Shown here: one piece after another, positions 25,345-33,330 of the stretch
How the letters are laid out: each line of letters starts with the position of its first letter
How positions within the stretch are numbered: the stretch's first letter is position 1
Assembly (NCBI GenBank): GCA_031278635.1
Contig: JAITKA010000139.1
Location: 2,517-66,516, forward strand
Direction of reading: 5' to 3'
Length of the DNA stretch: 64,000 nucleotides
DNA from: Deltaproteobacteria bacterium
GTDB taxonomy: Bacteria > Desulfobacterota > Desulfarculia > Adiutricales > Adiutricaceae
Position numbers and translations under genes: made by a program
Notes under the pieces: generated by a model
Seen by the model: the letters and a program-made list of their open reading frames with translations, nothing else
Database searches by the model: none
Told to the model about the DNA's origin: nothing

Positions 25345-26394
25345 GTGCCGGACTCGTATATTTCCCCGTCCTTGGCCGAGCCCGGCCAAGGCGCCCCTTC
25401 GCGCGGGGAGGTCCCCAGGCCCTGGAGAACCCCTTTCCAGGTCGACCAGGACAGGATTATCAAATCCAAGGCCTTCCGCCGTCTGGCCCACAAAACGCAG
25501 GTTTTCGTGGCCACCTCCTCGGATCACTTCCGCAGCCGTCTCACCCACACCCTCGAGGTCAGCCAGGTGGCCAGGACCCTGGCCCGCGGCTTTTCCCTAA
25601 ACGAGGATCTGGCCGAGGCCATCTCCCTGGGCCACGATCTGGGGCACACCCCGTTCGGCCACGCCGGGGAAAAGGCCCTGAACCGCTACGTCCCGGGCGG
25701 TTTTAACCACCAGGCCCACAGCGTCAGGGTGGTGACCAGACTGGCCAACAACGGCCAGGGCCTGAACCTGACCGAGGAGGTCGTCGACGGCATCGGCAAG
25801 CACTCCAAGGGCGGGGGCCCCATATTCGTGAGGGGCCGCGGCGCCCCCATGACCCAGGAGGGGGACCTCGTCAGGGCCTCGGACATAATCGCCTACCTGG
25901 CGCACGATCTCGACGACGCCCTGGAATCGGACCTCCTTAAGGCGGGCGATATCCCCACGGAACTGAAGGCCATTTTCGGGCCGGGGGCCTTTGACCGCGT
26001 CGGGGTCATGGTGGACGATCTGTTGACCAACACCAGGGCCGGGGACGGGCGGCTCGCGTTTTCCTTCTCCCCGCGCATCGGCGAGGCCATGCTCCTCCTC
26101 CGGGAGTTTCTGGACAAAACGGTCTACCACCATCCCCACCTGATCGACCAGCTCAATTACGGGACGGCCTGCGTGCGCTACATTTTCCTGGCCCTGACCG
26201 GGAGCCAGGAGCTCTACGAGACCTTGCCCCTCCGCCACCTGGCCGAAAACAGGTTCCAGGCCGTCTGCGATTTCATCGCCGGCATGACCGACCGCTACGC
26301 CATAACCTACGCCCAAAACCTCGCCAACGGCGTCCCCACGGCCAAGTTCAAGGGCATAGACGTGGACTCCATCCCCATGGTCGTGGAATTTTAA
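25345..26394 (+). CDS. dGTPase-like dNTP triphosphohydrolase (HD domain)
   Basis: 'FRRLAHKTQVF', 'RLTHTLEVSQVAR', 'GHDLGHTPFGHAGE'; GTG start 3 nt after the upstream stop. Confidence 0.85.
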   Translation: MPDSYISPSLAEPGQGAPSRGEVPRPWRTPFQVDQDRIIKSKAFRRLAHKTQVFVATSSDHFRSRLTHTLEVSQVARTLARGFSLNEDLAEAISLGHDLGHTPFGHAGEKALNRYVPGGFNHQAHSVRVVTRLANNGQGLNLTEEVVDGIGKHSKGGGPIFVRGRGAPMTQEGDLVRASDIIAYLAHDLDDALESDLLKAGDIPTELKAIFGPGAFDRVGVMVDDLLTNTRAGDGRLAFSFSPRIGEAMLLLREFLDKTVYHHPHLIDQLNYGTACVRYIFLALTGSQELYETLPLRHLAENRFQAVCDFIAGMTDRYAITYAQNLANGVPTAKFKGIDVDSIPMVVEF

Positions 26395-26447
26395 CCCCCC
26401 TGCCGGGGGAACGGGGCGGCGCCCCTTTCGGGATCGCCCCGAGGGGC

Positions 26448-26489
26448 AAAAATAAATGCCGGGAGCCTATGGCTTCCGGCATTTATTTT
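26448..26489. terminator. bidirectional intrinsic terminator between convergent genes
   Basis: aaaataaatgccgggagcc-tat-ggcttccggcatttatttt. Confidence 0.75.
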
Positions 26490-26525
26490 GAAATTCTTCG
26501 GGCGAGGCGAGGGCGGCGGATGAAC

Positions 26526-26807
26526 CTATTTGCCCTCATTGACGGTATCTTTAAGGACCTTGGCGGGCTTAAATTTGACCGCTTTGTGGGCTTTTATGAT
26601 CAAGGTCTCGCCTGAACGGGGATTGCGGCCCTTGCGCTTGGGCCTTTTGACCACGTCAAAGACGCCTAGCCCGTAGACCAGGACCCGACCTTCCTTTTTA
26701 AGCGATTGGATGATCGAGGAGATTACGCTCTCGAGGGCTTTTTGGGCCTGGGCTTTTGAGAGTCCGCCTTCTTGGGCGATTTGGGTGATAAGTTCGGCTT
26801 TAGTCAT
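26526..26807 (-). CDS. hup: HU/IHF-family DNA-binding protein
   Basis: 'MTKAELITQIAQEGGLSKAQAQKALE...GRNPRSGETLIIKAHKAVKFKPAKVLKD'; AAGGAG RBS before the ATG at 26807. Confidence 0.9.
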   Translation of the reverse strand: MTKAELITQIAQEGGLSKAQAQKALESVISSIIQSLKKEGRVLVYGLGVFDVVKRPKRKGRNPRSGETLIIKAHKAVKFKPAKVLKDTVNEGK

Positions 26808-27322
26808 TGATCGATATACTCCTTCTGGCTCGACAAATCCGGGAAATGGCACTCGGATTTTAATGAAGTTAATGAATTAGAAAAAGGGTGAAAAAGTAAA
26901 AATAAATTACTCCCTTTTAAGGTTAAAACTATATTAAACATAATCAAAAAAATATTGATTCAAAATTGACTCAAACAAGTCAAAACCTATTAAAAATCTA
27001 TGATTATTTGATAATTAAATGCAAAATTCAGATAGTTTCTATTTAAACTATGAACCAGCCTAGTAAGAACCGTTTGATTTGAAACCTAAAAGCGCGGGTC
27101 CAAGCCATCCCCGGAACGGCCAGGCTTCGGCCCTGGCCCGATTTGACGACAAAAAGCGCCACCCCGCTTAAGAAAAAATAATAAATCTAACATTCGTTTG
27201 CCAGTTCGATTAGTTCGCGCAACCAAAAGAATGCCAAAATAACAGATTTAGATTTTGTCCTTAACTAGTGAGGGTTTCCGCCGAGGGTGGCTGAGTCAAA
27301 TAGCATAATCTATCTTATATAC

Positions 27323-27357
27323 CAAAAAACCTTCGCTTGCAACATCTTCAAGCGATT
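27323..27357 (-). terminator. intrinsic terminator after gatA
   Basis: minus strand reads TCGCTTGaagatgttgCAAGCGAaggttttttgg. Confidence 0.6.
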
Positions 27358-27417
27358 TCGTTTAGATTTTTCCGAAGAAAATTTAGGGTCCCGATGGCCG
27401 GGGGGCCAAAAGGGGGC

Positions 27418-28878
27418 CTATCCCGCCATCGGGGGCGGCCCCACGGGCGGGAAAATCCTCTCCAATAGGGCCCCCGCGGAGAGGAGCCCGGCCTCGCCGA
27501 AAGAGGGCCCCCACAGCTGGACCCCGACCGGGAGGCCGGCCGACGAGAGGCCGGCCGGGAGCGAGAGGCCCGGGCCCCCGGCCAGGTTAAGGGGCAGGGT
27601 CATCATGTCCAGTTGGTAGATGGTCAGGGGATCGTCCGTAAAGGAGCCCAGGGGCCAGGCCGGGATGGAGGTCACGGGGGCCAGGAGGTAATCGCACTCG
27701 CCAAGGGCCCTTTGGTAGTCCCCGAGGATGAGCCTGCGGGTCTGGGCGGCTTTCTTGAAGTAGGCGTCGTAGTAGCCGCTGGAGAGGACGAAGGTGCCCA
27801 GCATTATGCGGCGCCTCACCTCCGGGCCCAGGCCCTGGGAGCGGCTTCGCCGGTAGAGGGCCACGAGCTCGGGATCGCCCTCGGCCCTTTGGCCGTAGCG
27901 GACCCCGTCGTAACGGGCGAGGTTACTGGAGGCCTCGGCGGCGGCCAGGATGTAGTAGGTGGCCACGCTGTATCTCAGGTTGGGCATCGAGACGCTTTTA
28001 AGCCTGACCCCGGCGTCGGTCAGGGCCTTTTTGGCGGCGGACAGGGCCTCGTCCACCGAGGGCTCGAACCCCGCCGACCAGAGGGCGTCCGGGAGGCCCA
28101 GGGTGAGGTCGGCGGCCTTTGGTTCCTTAAGGTTCAGGTAATCGTCCACGGGCCTGGCCGAGCAGGTGGAATCCTTGCCGTCGGGCCCGGCGATGACCGA
28201 AAGGAGGAGGGCCACGTCCCCGACCGATCTGGCGAAGGGCCCGGCCTGGTCGAGGGAGCTGGCGAAGGCCACTATCCCGTACCTCGAGACCCGGCCGTAG
28301 GTGGGCTTCAGGCCCACGCAGCCGCAGAGGGCCGCGGGCTGGCGGATGGACCCGCCGGTATCGGTGCCCATGGCCCCGGGGACCTGGAGGGCGGCGACGG
28401 CGGCGGCCGAGCCGCCGCTGGAGCCCCCAGGGACAAGGGCCGGGTCCCAGGGGTTTTTCGTCGGGCCGTAGGCCGAGAACTCCGTCGTGGAGCCCATGGC
28501 GAACTCGTCGCAGTTGGCCTTGGAGACGAAGATCGCCCCGGCGGCCCGGAGGCGCTCGACCACGGTGGCCTCGAAGGCGGGGAAATAATTTTCCAGGAGG
28601 CGGGAGCCCGCGGTGGTCGGGGCCCCCTTAAGGTCGAAGACGTCCTTGACCGCCAGGGGGACGCCCCAGAGGGGCCTCGCGGGGTCCGGGCCGCTTTCGT
28701 CGAGGAGTTTGGCCTCCCTTAGGGCGCTCTCGCCCAGGACGGTCACGCAGGCCCCTATCCGGGGCTCGGTCAGGCGGATCCTTTCGAGGGCGGCGGAGAC
28801 GGCGTCGGTTGCGGAAAACTCGCGCGCTTGCAGGGCTTGGGCGGTTTGCCGAAGGCCAAGGCGGTGGATATCGGTCAT
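27418..28878 (-). CDS. gatA: Glu/Asp-tRNA amidotransferase subunit A
   Basis: amidase signature 'GGSSGGSAAAVAA', 'GTDTGGSIRQPAA'; follows gatB-gatC. Confidence 0.93.
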   Translation of the reverse strand: MTDIHRLGLRQTAQALQAREFSATDAVSAALERIRLTEPRIGACVTVLGESALREAKLLDESGPDPARPLWGVPLAVKDVFDLKGAPTTAGSRLLENYFPAFEATVVERLRAAGAIFVSKANCDEFAMGSTTEFSAYGPTKNPWDPALVPGGSSGGSAAAVAALQVPGAMGTDTGGSIRQPAALCGCVGLKPTYGRVSRYGIVAFASSLDQAGPFARSVGDVALLLSVIAGPDGKDSTCSARPVDDYLNLKEPKAADLTLGLPDALWSAGFEPSVDEALSAAKKALTDAGVRLKSVSMPNLRYSVATYYILAAAEASSNLARYDGVRYGQRAEGDPELVALYRRSRSQGLGPEVRRRIMLGTFVLSSGYYDAYFKKAAQTRRLILGDYQRALGECDYLLAPVTSIPAWPLGSFTDDPLTIYQLDMMTLPLNLAGGPGLSLPAGLSSAGLPVGVQLWGPSFGEAGLLSAGALLERIFPPVGPPPMAG

Positions 28879-28926
28879 CGGGGCTCCCGGGTTCGATTGG
28901 CCAAAAGGGGGGGACTAGCCTCCCCG

Positions 28927-29238
28927 TTAAAAAATCCTCGGCACGCTGAAGTAGCGGCCCACCCTCTCCGGGGCTTGCCCCAAAAGCTCGTCGGCCTTTT
29001 GGCCGTCCCGGGCGGGCTCGTCCGCCCTGGGCGGCAGGGGGTCGGTCATGGGCGAGTAGAGGGGCTCGACGCCCTCGGTGGGGGCCCCGTTCAGGATGTC
29101 CATGTAGGCGACGATCTTGGAAAACTCGTCCACCAGGGCCTTCAGGCGTGCCGGGTCGGCGACCTGGCCCGCCGTCTCGCCCAGCTCAAGCCTCGCCAGA
29201 TTGGCCACGGCCCTGGCGTCGTTTTCGTTTATGGCCAC
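28927..29238 (-). CDS. gatC: Glu/Asp-tRNA amidotransferase subunit C
   Basis: 'VANLARLEL...VAYMDILNGAPTEGVEPLYSP...YFSVPRI'; GTG start at 29238. Confidence 0.85.
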   Translation of the reverse strand: MAINENDARAVANLARLELGETAGQVADPARLKALVDEFSKIVAYMDILNGAPTEGVEPLYSPMTDPLPPRADEPARDGQKADELLGQAPERVGRYFSVPRIF

Positions 29239-29273
29239 GTTAATCCCCCTCGCGCCCGGCCGGGCGCCCCTTT

Positions 29274-30704
29274 TTAGGCTTTCAGGGCCTCGATCAGGGC
29301 CTCACCGGCCCCCTTGGGGTCGGCGGCCCCGCGGCTTTTGCGCATGAGCTGACCCACCAGGAAGCTTAGGACCTTCTCTTGGCCGTTTCGGTAATTTTCC
29401 GCCTCTTTGGGGTGCGAGGCCACCACCTCGGCGGCCAGGGCCAAAAGGGCCCCCTTGTCGGAAATCTGCGTGAGGCCTTTTTCCCTGGCCAAGGCCTCGG
29501 GCTCGGCCCCGGTCCGGAAGAGTATCGGGAAGAGCTCCTGGGCCGCCCTGCGGCCGACCACGCCCTTATCCATGAGCTCGGCCAGCTTGGCCAGGTTCCG
29601 GGGGGTGACCGGGGAGTCGGGTATGGGGACGTCGGCCTTCTGGCAGGCGGGCAGCAAAAACTCGGCCATGAGGGCGGCTATTTTTTTGGCCTGATCGTAG
29701 TGGGCCCGGGCCTCTTCCAGGTACCCCACCGCCCCCTTGCGATCCATGAGGAGCGTGACCACGTCCTCCCGCAGTCCCTGGCCCAGGAGATTTTGGGCGG
29801 TCTCCTCGGCCGTGGCCGGCATGGACAGCCCGATTCGCTCCAGGAGCTCCGGCGAGACCCTGACCGGTGGCAGATCCGGCTGGGGGAAATAGCGGTAATC
29901 GTGGGCCTCCTCCTTGGACCTGAGGGGCCTCGTCTCGTGCCTCGCGGGGTCGAAATGGAGCGTCTCCTGCAGGACCGGCTGGCCCTGGGCGTAGAGGGCC
30001 GTCTGCCGCTTGATCTCGTACTCGATGGCCTGGCCGGCGTAACGGAAGGAGTTCAGGTTCTTTATCTCGCCCCTGACCCCCATGGTCGGCGAGCCCTTGG
30101 GCCTGAGGGAGACGTTGACGTCGCAACGGAACTCGCCCTCCTCCATGCGCCCCTCGGTCACCTCGAGGCGGACCAAAAGGGCGTGGAGCTTTTTCAGGAA
30201 ATCCATGGCCTCGGCGGAGGAGTTTAGGTCCGGCTCGGTGACAATCTCGATCAAGGGCGTCCCGGCCCGGTTGAGATCGACCAGGGTCCGGCCCCTTTTC
30301 TCATCGTGGACACACTTCCCGGCGTCGTCCTCCAGGTGGATCCTGTTCAGGCGGATGGTTTTGGGCCCCGACGGGGTCTCGATGTCCATGGAGCCGCCCT
30401 GGCAGATGGGCGGGTCGAGCTGGGAGGTCTGGAAACCGTTGGGCAGATCGGGGTAAAAATAATTTTTCCGGGAAAAAAGCGACTGGCCGTTGACCTTGGA
30501 GCCCAAGGCCAGACCGGCCTTGGCCGCCAGCTCTATGGCCTTCCCGTTCATCCTGGGCAAGGCCCCCGGCTGGCCGGTGCAGACCTCGCAGATGTTGGTG
30601 TTGGGCTCGGCCCCCGGCTCCGTGGGGCAGGGGCAAAAAAGCTTGGTTTTCGTCTTCAGCTGGGCGTGAATCTCAAGCCCGATGACCGGTTCCATCTCCG
30701 TCAC
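29274..30704 (-). CDS. gatB: Glu/Asp-tRNA amidotransferase subunit B
   Basis: 'EPVIGLEIHAQLKTKTKLFCPC' is a canonical GatB N-terminus; start is GTG at 30704 or ATG at 30695. Confidence 0.93.
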   Translation of the reverse strand: MTEMEPVIGLEIHAQLKTKTKLFCPCPTEPGAEPNTNICEVCTGQPGALPRMNGKAIELAAKAGLALGSKVNGQSLFSRKNYFYPDLPNGFQTSQLDPPICQGGSMDIETPSGPKTIRLNRIHLEDDAGKCVHDEKRGRTLVDLNRAGTPLIEIVTEPDLNSSAEAMDFLKKLHALLVRLEVTEGRMEEGEFRCDVNVSLRPKGSPTMGVRGEIKNLNSFRYAGQAIEYEIKRQTALYAQGQPVLQETLHFDPARHETRPLRSKEEAHDYRYFPQPDLPPVRVSPELLERIGLSMPATAEETAQNLLGQGLREDVVTLLMDRKGAVGYLEEARAHYDQAKKIAALMAEFLLPACQKADVPIPDSPVTPRNLAKLAELMDKGVVGRRAAQELFPILFRTGAEPEALAREKGLTQISDKGALLALAAEVVASHPKEAENYRNGQEKVLSFLVGQLMRKSRGAADPKGAGEALIEALKA

Positions 30705-30784
30705 GTTTCACCCTGGGGGCCGGGACCCGGCCGCCCTGAAAATATGGCCCGGGGCGCCATCGGGGCCCCAAGCGACAAACAATA

Positions 30785-31456
30785 TTAACCAAGCTTGGCC
30801 CCCGCGTCAACACCGTCGGGCTCCGGGGGCCCCGCCGTCCCATGGCGGGACAAAAGGGCCCGGGCCATCTCCTCCGATCTCTGGCCCTCGAGTCTCAGAA
30901 GGCCCCGGCCAAGGAGGACCAGCCTGGAAAGGCCGGACAGCCGATCGGCCCTCGTCCCGAGGGTTTCCTTAAGCTTTTGCGTCTCCAGGGCCATGCCCGG
31001 CAGGACCTTGAGGATGACGACCAGGGCCATGGCCAACAGGCCGGCCCTTTTCTCGCCGATGAAAAGCCTCAGGAAGGACTTTAAGGCCCCACCGAGCTCC
31101 ATTGGCGTCCACAGTAGGATCAAATGGAGCCCCAAAGCCATCTTGGCCGCCAGCTCCGCCGGGTTTTTGAATCCCGCGAGCCCAAACAGGCTCAGGTAGA
31201 GGCTCAGCGTCGTCCAGGCCAGCCAAAAGGCCATGGCCGCCCTGACCAACGACTCGAACGACGGCCTGCCCAAAGCCAAACATACGGCCGAGCAGACCAA
31301 AACGGCCGCCGACGGGGGACACAACCCCGGCCAGCGCCAAAAGGCCAGGCCCAAAAGCCAAACGAGGGCCAGGCCCAACCCCGGCCCCGGGCCCCTAAGG
31401 AGCGCCCGCCACCGCGAAACGACCCCGGCCCCGCCGGGCCCTTTAATCGCCGCCAT
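30785..31456 (-). CDS. hypothetical polytopic membrane protein (weakly CbiQ/EcfT-like)
   Basis: several hydrophobic segments; C-terminal 'EEMARALLSRHG' is reminiscent of the EcfT/CbiQ tail; 14-nt overlap with the upstream gene. Confidence 0.35.
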   Translation of the reverse strand: MAAIKGPGGAGVVSRWRALLRGPGPGLGLALVWLLGLAFWRWPGLCPPSAAVLVCSAVCLALGRPSFESLVRAAMAFWLAWTTLSLYLSLFGLAGFKNPAELAAKMALGLHLILLWTPMELGGALKSFLRLFIGEKRAGLLAMALVVILKVLPGMALETQKLKETLGTRADRLSGLSRLVLLGRGLLRLEGQRSEEMARALLSRHGTAGPPEPDGVDAGAKLG

Positions 31457-32042
31457 GGCCGGCCTCCCCGCCTGGGGGTCCCGCCCCCTCGGCGGCGGGA
31501 CCGGGCCCCACGGGCGCCTTGGGGGCCCCCTCGGCGGCCTCCTGGCCCTTGCGCCGCTCGTCGGCTTTTATGGCCTGCTCTACCTGGCCCAGGGTGCCCC
31601 GGTAATTATCGATCAGGGCCTGGTCGAGGCCGTCGGCCTCGGCCTGGCTCACGGCCTGGCCGGCCATCTCGAGGGCCTCGGCAAGGGAGCCCCCCTCCAG
31701 GAGGAGCACCCAGGCCAGGTTGTTGGCCGCGGCCGGGATCTTGCCCAGCTGCCAGGCCCGGCGGTAAAAGGCCAGGGCCTCCCCGACCTCGCCCCTTTGG
31801 TAGATGACGTTGGCCAGGCCCAGGTAGGCCATGGCCAGGGGGAGGGCCGCCCGGTATTCCCTCTCGGCGATCTCGAGCTCCCCGTCCTTCTCGTAGGTCA
31901 GGGCCAGGCCCAGATGCTCCTCTTTGCTCAAAGGGTCACTGATTAGGTGAACCTTCGGCAGCCAGGAGCAGCCGGCCCAAAAAAGCCCGGCCAGGGCCAG
32001 CGCGACCAGCCTGGCCCAATTCGTTCTCGCGGAAAGCGCCAT
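31443..32042 (-). CDS. TPR-repeat lipoprotein
   Basis: lipobox 'LFWAGC'; TPR-like 'AEREYRAALPL...GEVGEALAFYRRAWQL'. Confidence 0.7.
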   Translation of the reverse strand: MALSARTNWARLVALALAGLFWAGCSWLPKVHLISDPLSKEEHLGLALTYEKDGELEIAEREYRAALPLAMAYLGLANVIYQRGEVGEALAFYRRAWQLGKIPAAANNLAWVLLLEGGSLAEALEMAGQAVSQAEADGLDQALIDNYRGTLGQVEQAIKADERRKGQEAAEGAPKAPVGPGPAAEGAGPPGGEAGHGGD

Positions 32043-32045
32043 GCC

Positions 32046-33251
32046 TCAGCGCTCCCAGTCCATGACCGGGGCCGCCTCGGCCTTTTCGGGCGCGGCCTCG
32101 CCCTTTTCGGCCGGGGCGGCCTTTTCGGGCGGGGCGGCCCGCTTGGCCGCCTGGCGGGGCGTCATGGCCCCGGGGACGGTGGCCGGGCCCTTGAAATCGG
32201 AGCCGATCAGCTCCCCCGTGATGGGCTGCTCCTCCGGGAGGGGCACCACCGGGAGCATGAGCGGCAGGCCCACGTCGGTCTCGCTGAAGCCCTCCCCGCC
32301 CGAGGCGACGCCGTCAGGCTTCGGCAAGGGCTCCATGACCAAACCAGGGCCCGATGAGGCCTTGGGGCCGGGTTCCCCGGCCTCGGGCGCCGCGGGCTCC
32401 GCCCCGGGGTCGCCGGGGATCTCAAGGGACGGGTGGCCGGTGAAATCGATGATGGGCGCCTCGGCGGGTTTTTTGGGGGCGGGCAATTCGGCCCCGGTCA
32501 AAAAGGCGGGCGCCTTCGGGGCCGGCGGCGCGTAGGCGGCCGGCCGGGGGGACTCGCTTAGGCTCTCGGGGACGTCCAGGCCCTCGGGCAGGTTTAGGGT
32601 CTGGCTGACCTTGGTCGGGCTAAGGACCTCGACCTCGCCCTCGGCGCCCTGGTCGCCGGGGGCGTCCGCGGCCCTGCCGGAGACGATTATGGTAAAGTTA
32701 CCCATTTTGCGCCATTGGCCCAAAAAGTCCTTCCAGGGGATGACCTGTTGCTGGATCAGTCCGCTGTTTACCACCAGACCCTCGGGGCCATAGCCCACGG
32801 CCACGGCGAAGTGGCCCTTGCGGAGCGGCCCCAGGCCGCCCCCCAAAAGGACTATGGGCGGCTTGCGGCTTTTTATGGCCCCGATGAGCTCCTGGGGCTT
32901 GAGGCCGGCGAAGGTGGCCGCCATGCCGTTGCCCCTGGCCCAAATGACCATGTCCGGCCCCAGGGCGCCCCGCAGGTCGTCCCTCTGGACGTCCACGGCC
33001 ACCTCCCCCATGGTCGTCTCCCGGCCCATGAAGGTCAGGACCGCGGCCAGGGTCGAGGGCCCGCAGTGGCTGGAGTCGTCGGGGATGAAGGGCACGCCGG
33101 GGATTAACAACCTCTCGGCCGGGGGCGAGAAACCGCCCGCGGCGCCGGACGGGCCGGAAAACACGCCAAGGCAGCCGGCCAGGGCCAGCGGCAGGGTTAG
33201 CGCCAGGGCCAGCCATAGGGCCCGGGCCAGGGTGATTATTTTAGGGGGCAT
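32046..33251 (-). CDS. C39-like (papain-fold) cysteine peptidase lipoprotein with long Pro/Ala/Glu-rich C-terminal tail
   Basis: ATG at 33251 gives the lipobox 'LALAGC'. 'DSSHCGPSTLAAVLTFMG' fits a C39-like catalytic Cys context. It pairs with a downstream TPR protein, as in PA2778/PA2779-type pairs. Confidence 0.55.
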   Translation of the reverse strand: MPPKIITLARALWLALALTLPLALAGCLGVFSGPSGAAGGFSPPAERLLIPGVPFIPDDSSHCGPSTLAAVLTFMGRETTMGEVAVDVQRDDLRGALGPDMVIWARGNGMAATFAGLKPQELIGAIKSRKPPIVLLGGGLGPLRKGHFAVAVGYGPEGLVVNSGLIQQQVIPWKDFLGQWRKMGNFTIIVSGRAADAPGDQGAEGEVEVLSPTKVSQTLNLPEGLDVPESLSESPRPAAYAPPAPKAPAFLTGAELPAPKKPAEAPIIDFTGHPSLEIPGDPGAEPAAPEAGEPGPKASSGPGLVMEPLPKPDGVASGGEGFSETDVGLPLMLPVVPLPEEQPITGELIGSDFKGPATVPGAMTPRQAAKRAAPPEKAAPAEKGEAAPEKAEAAPVMDWER

Positions 33252-33330
33252 CCAAGCCTCCGCCTTCGGGCGATTGGTTCCAACGGGACGGCGAGACCTC
33301 CCGGTTTTTATTTGTGCCGTCACCGACGGC

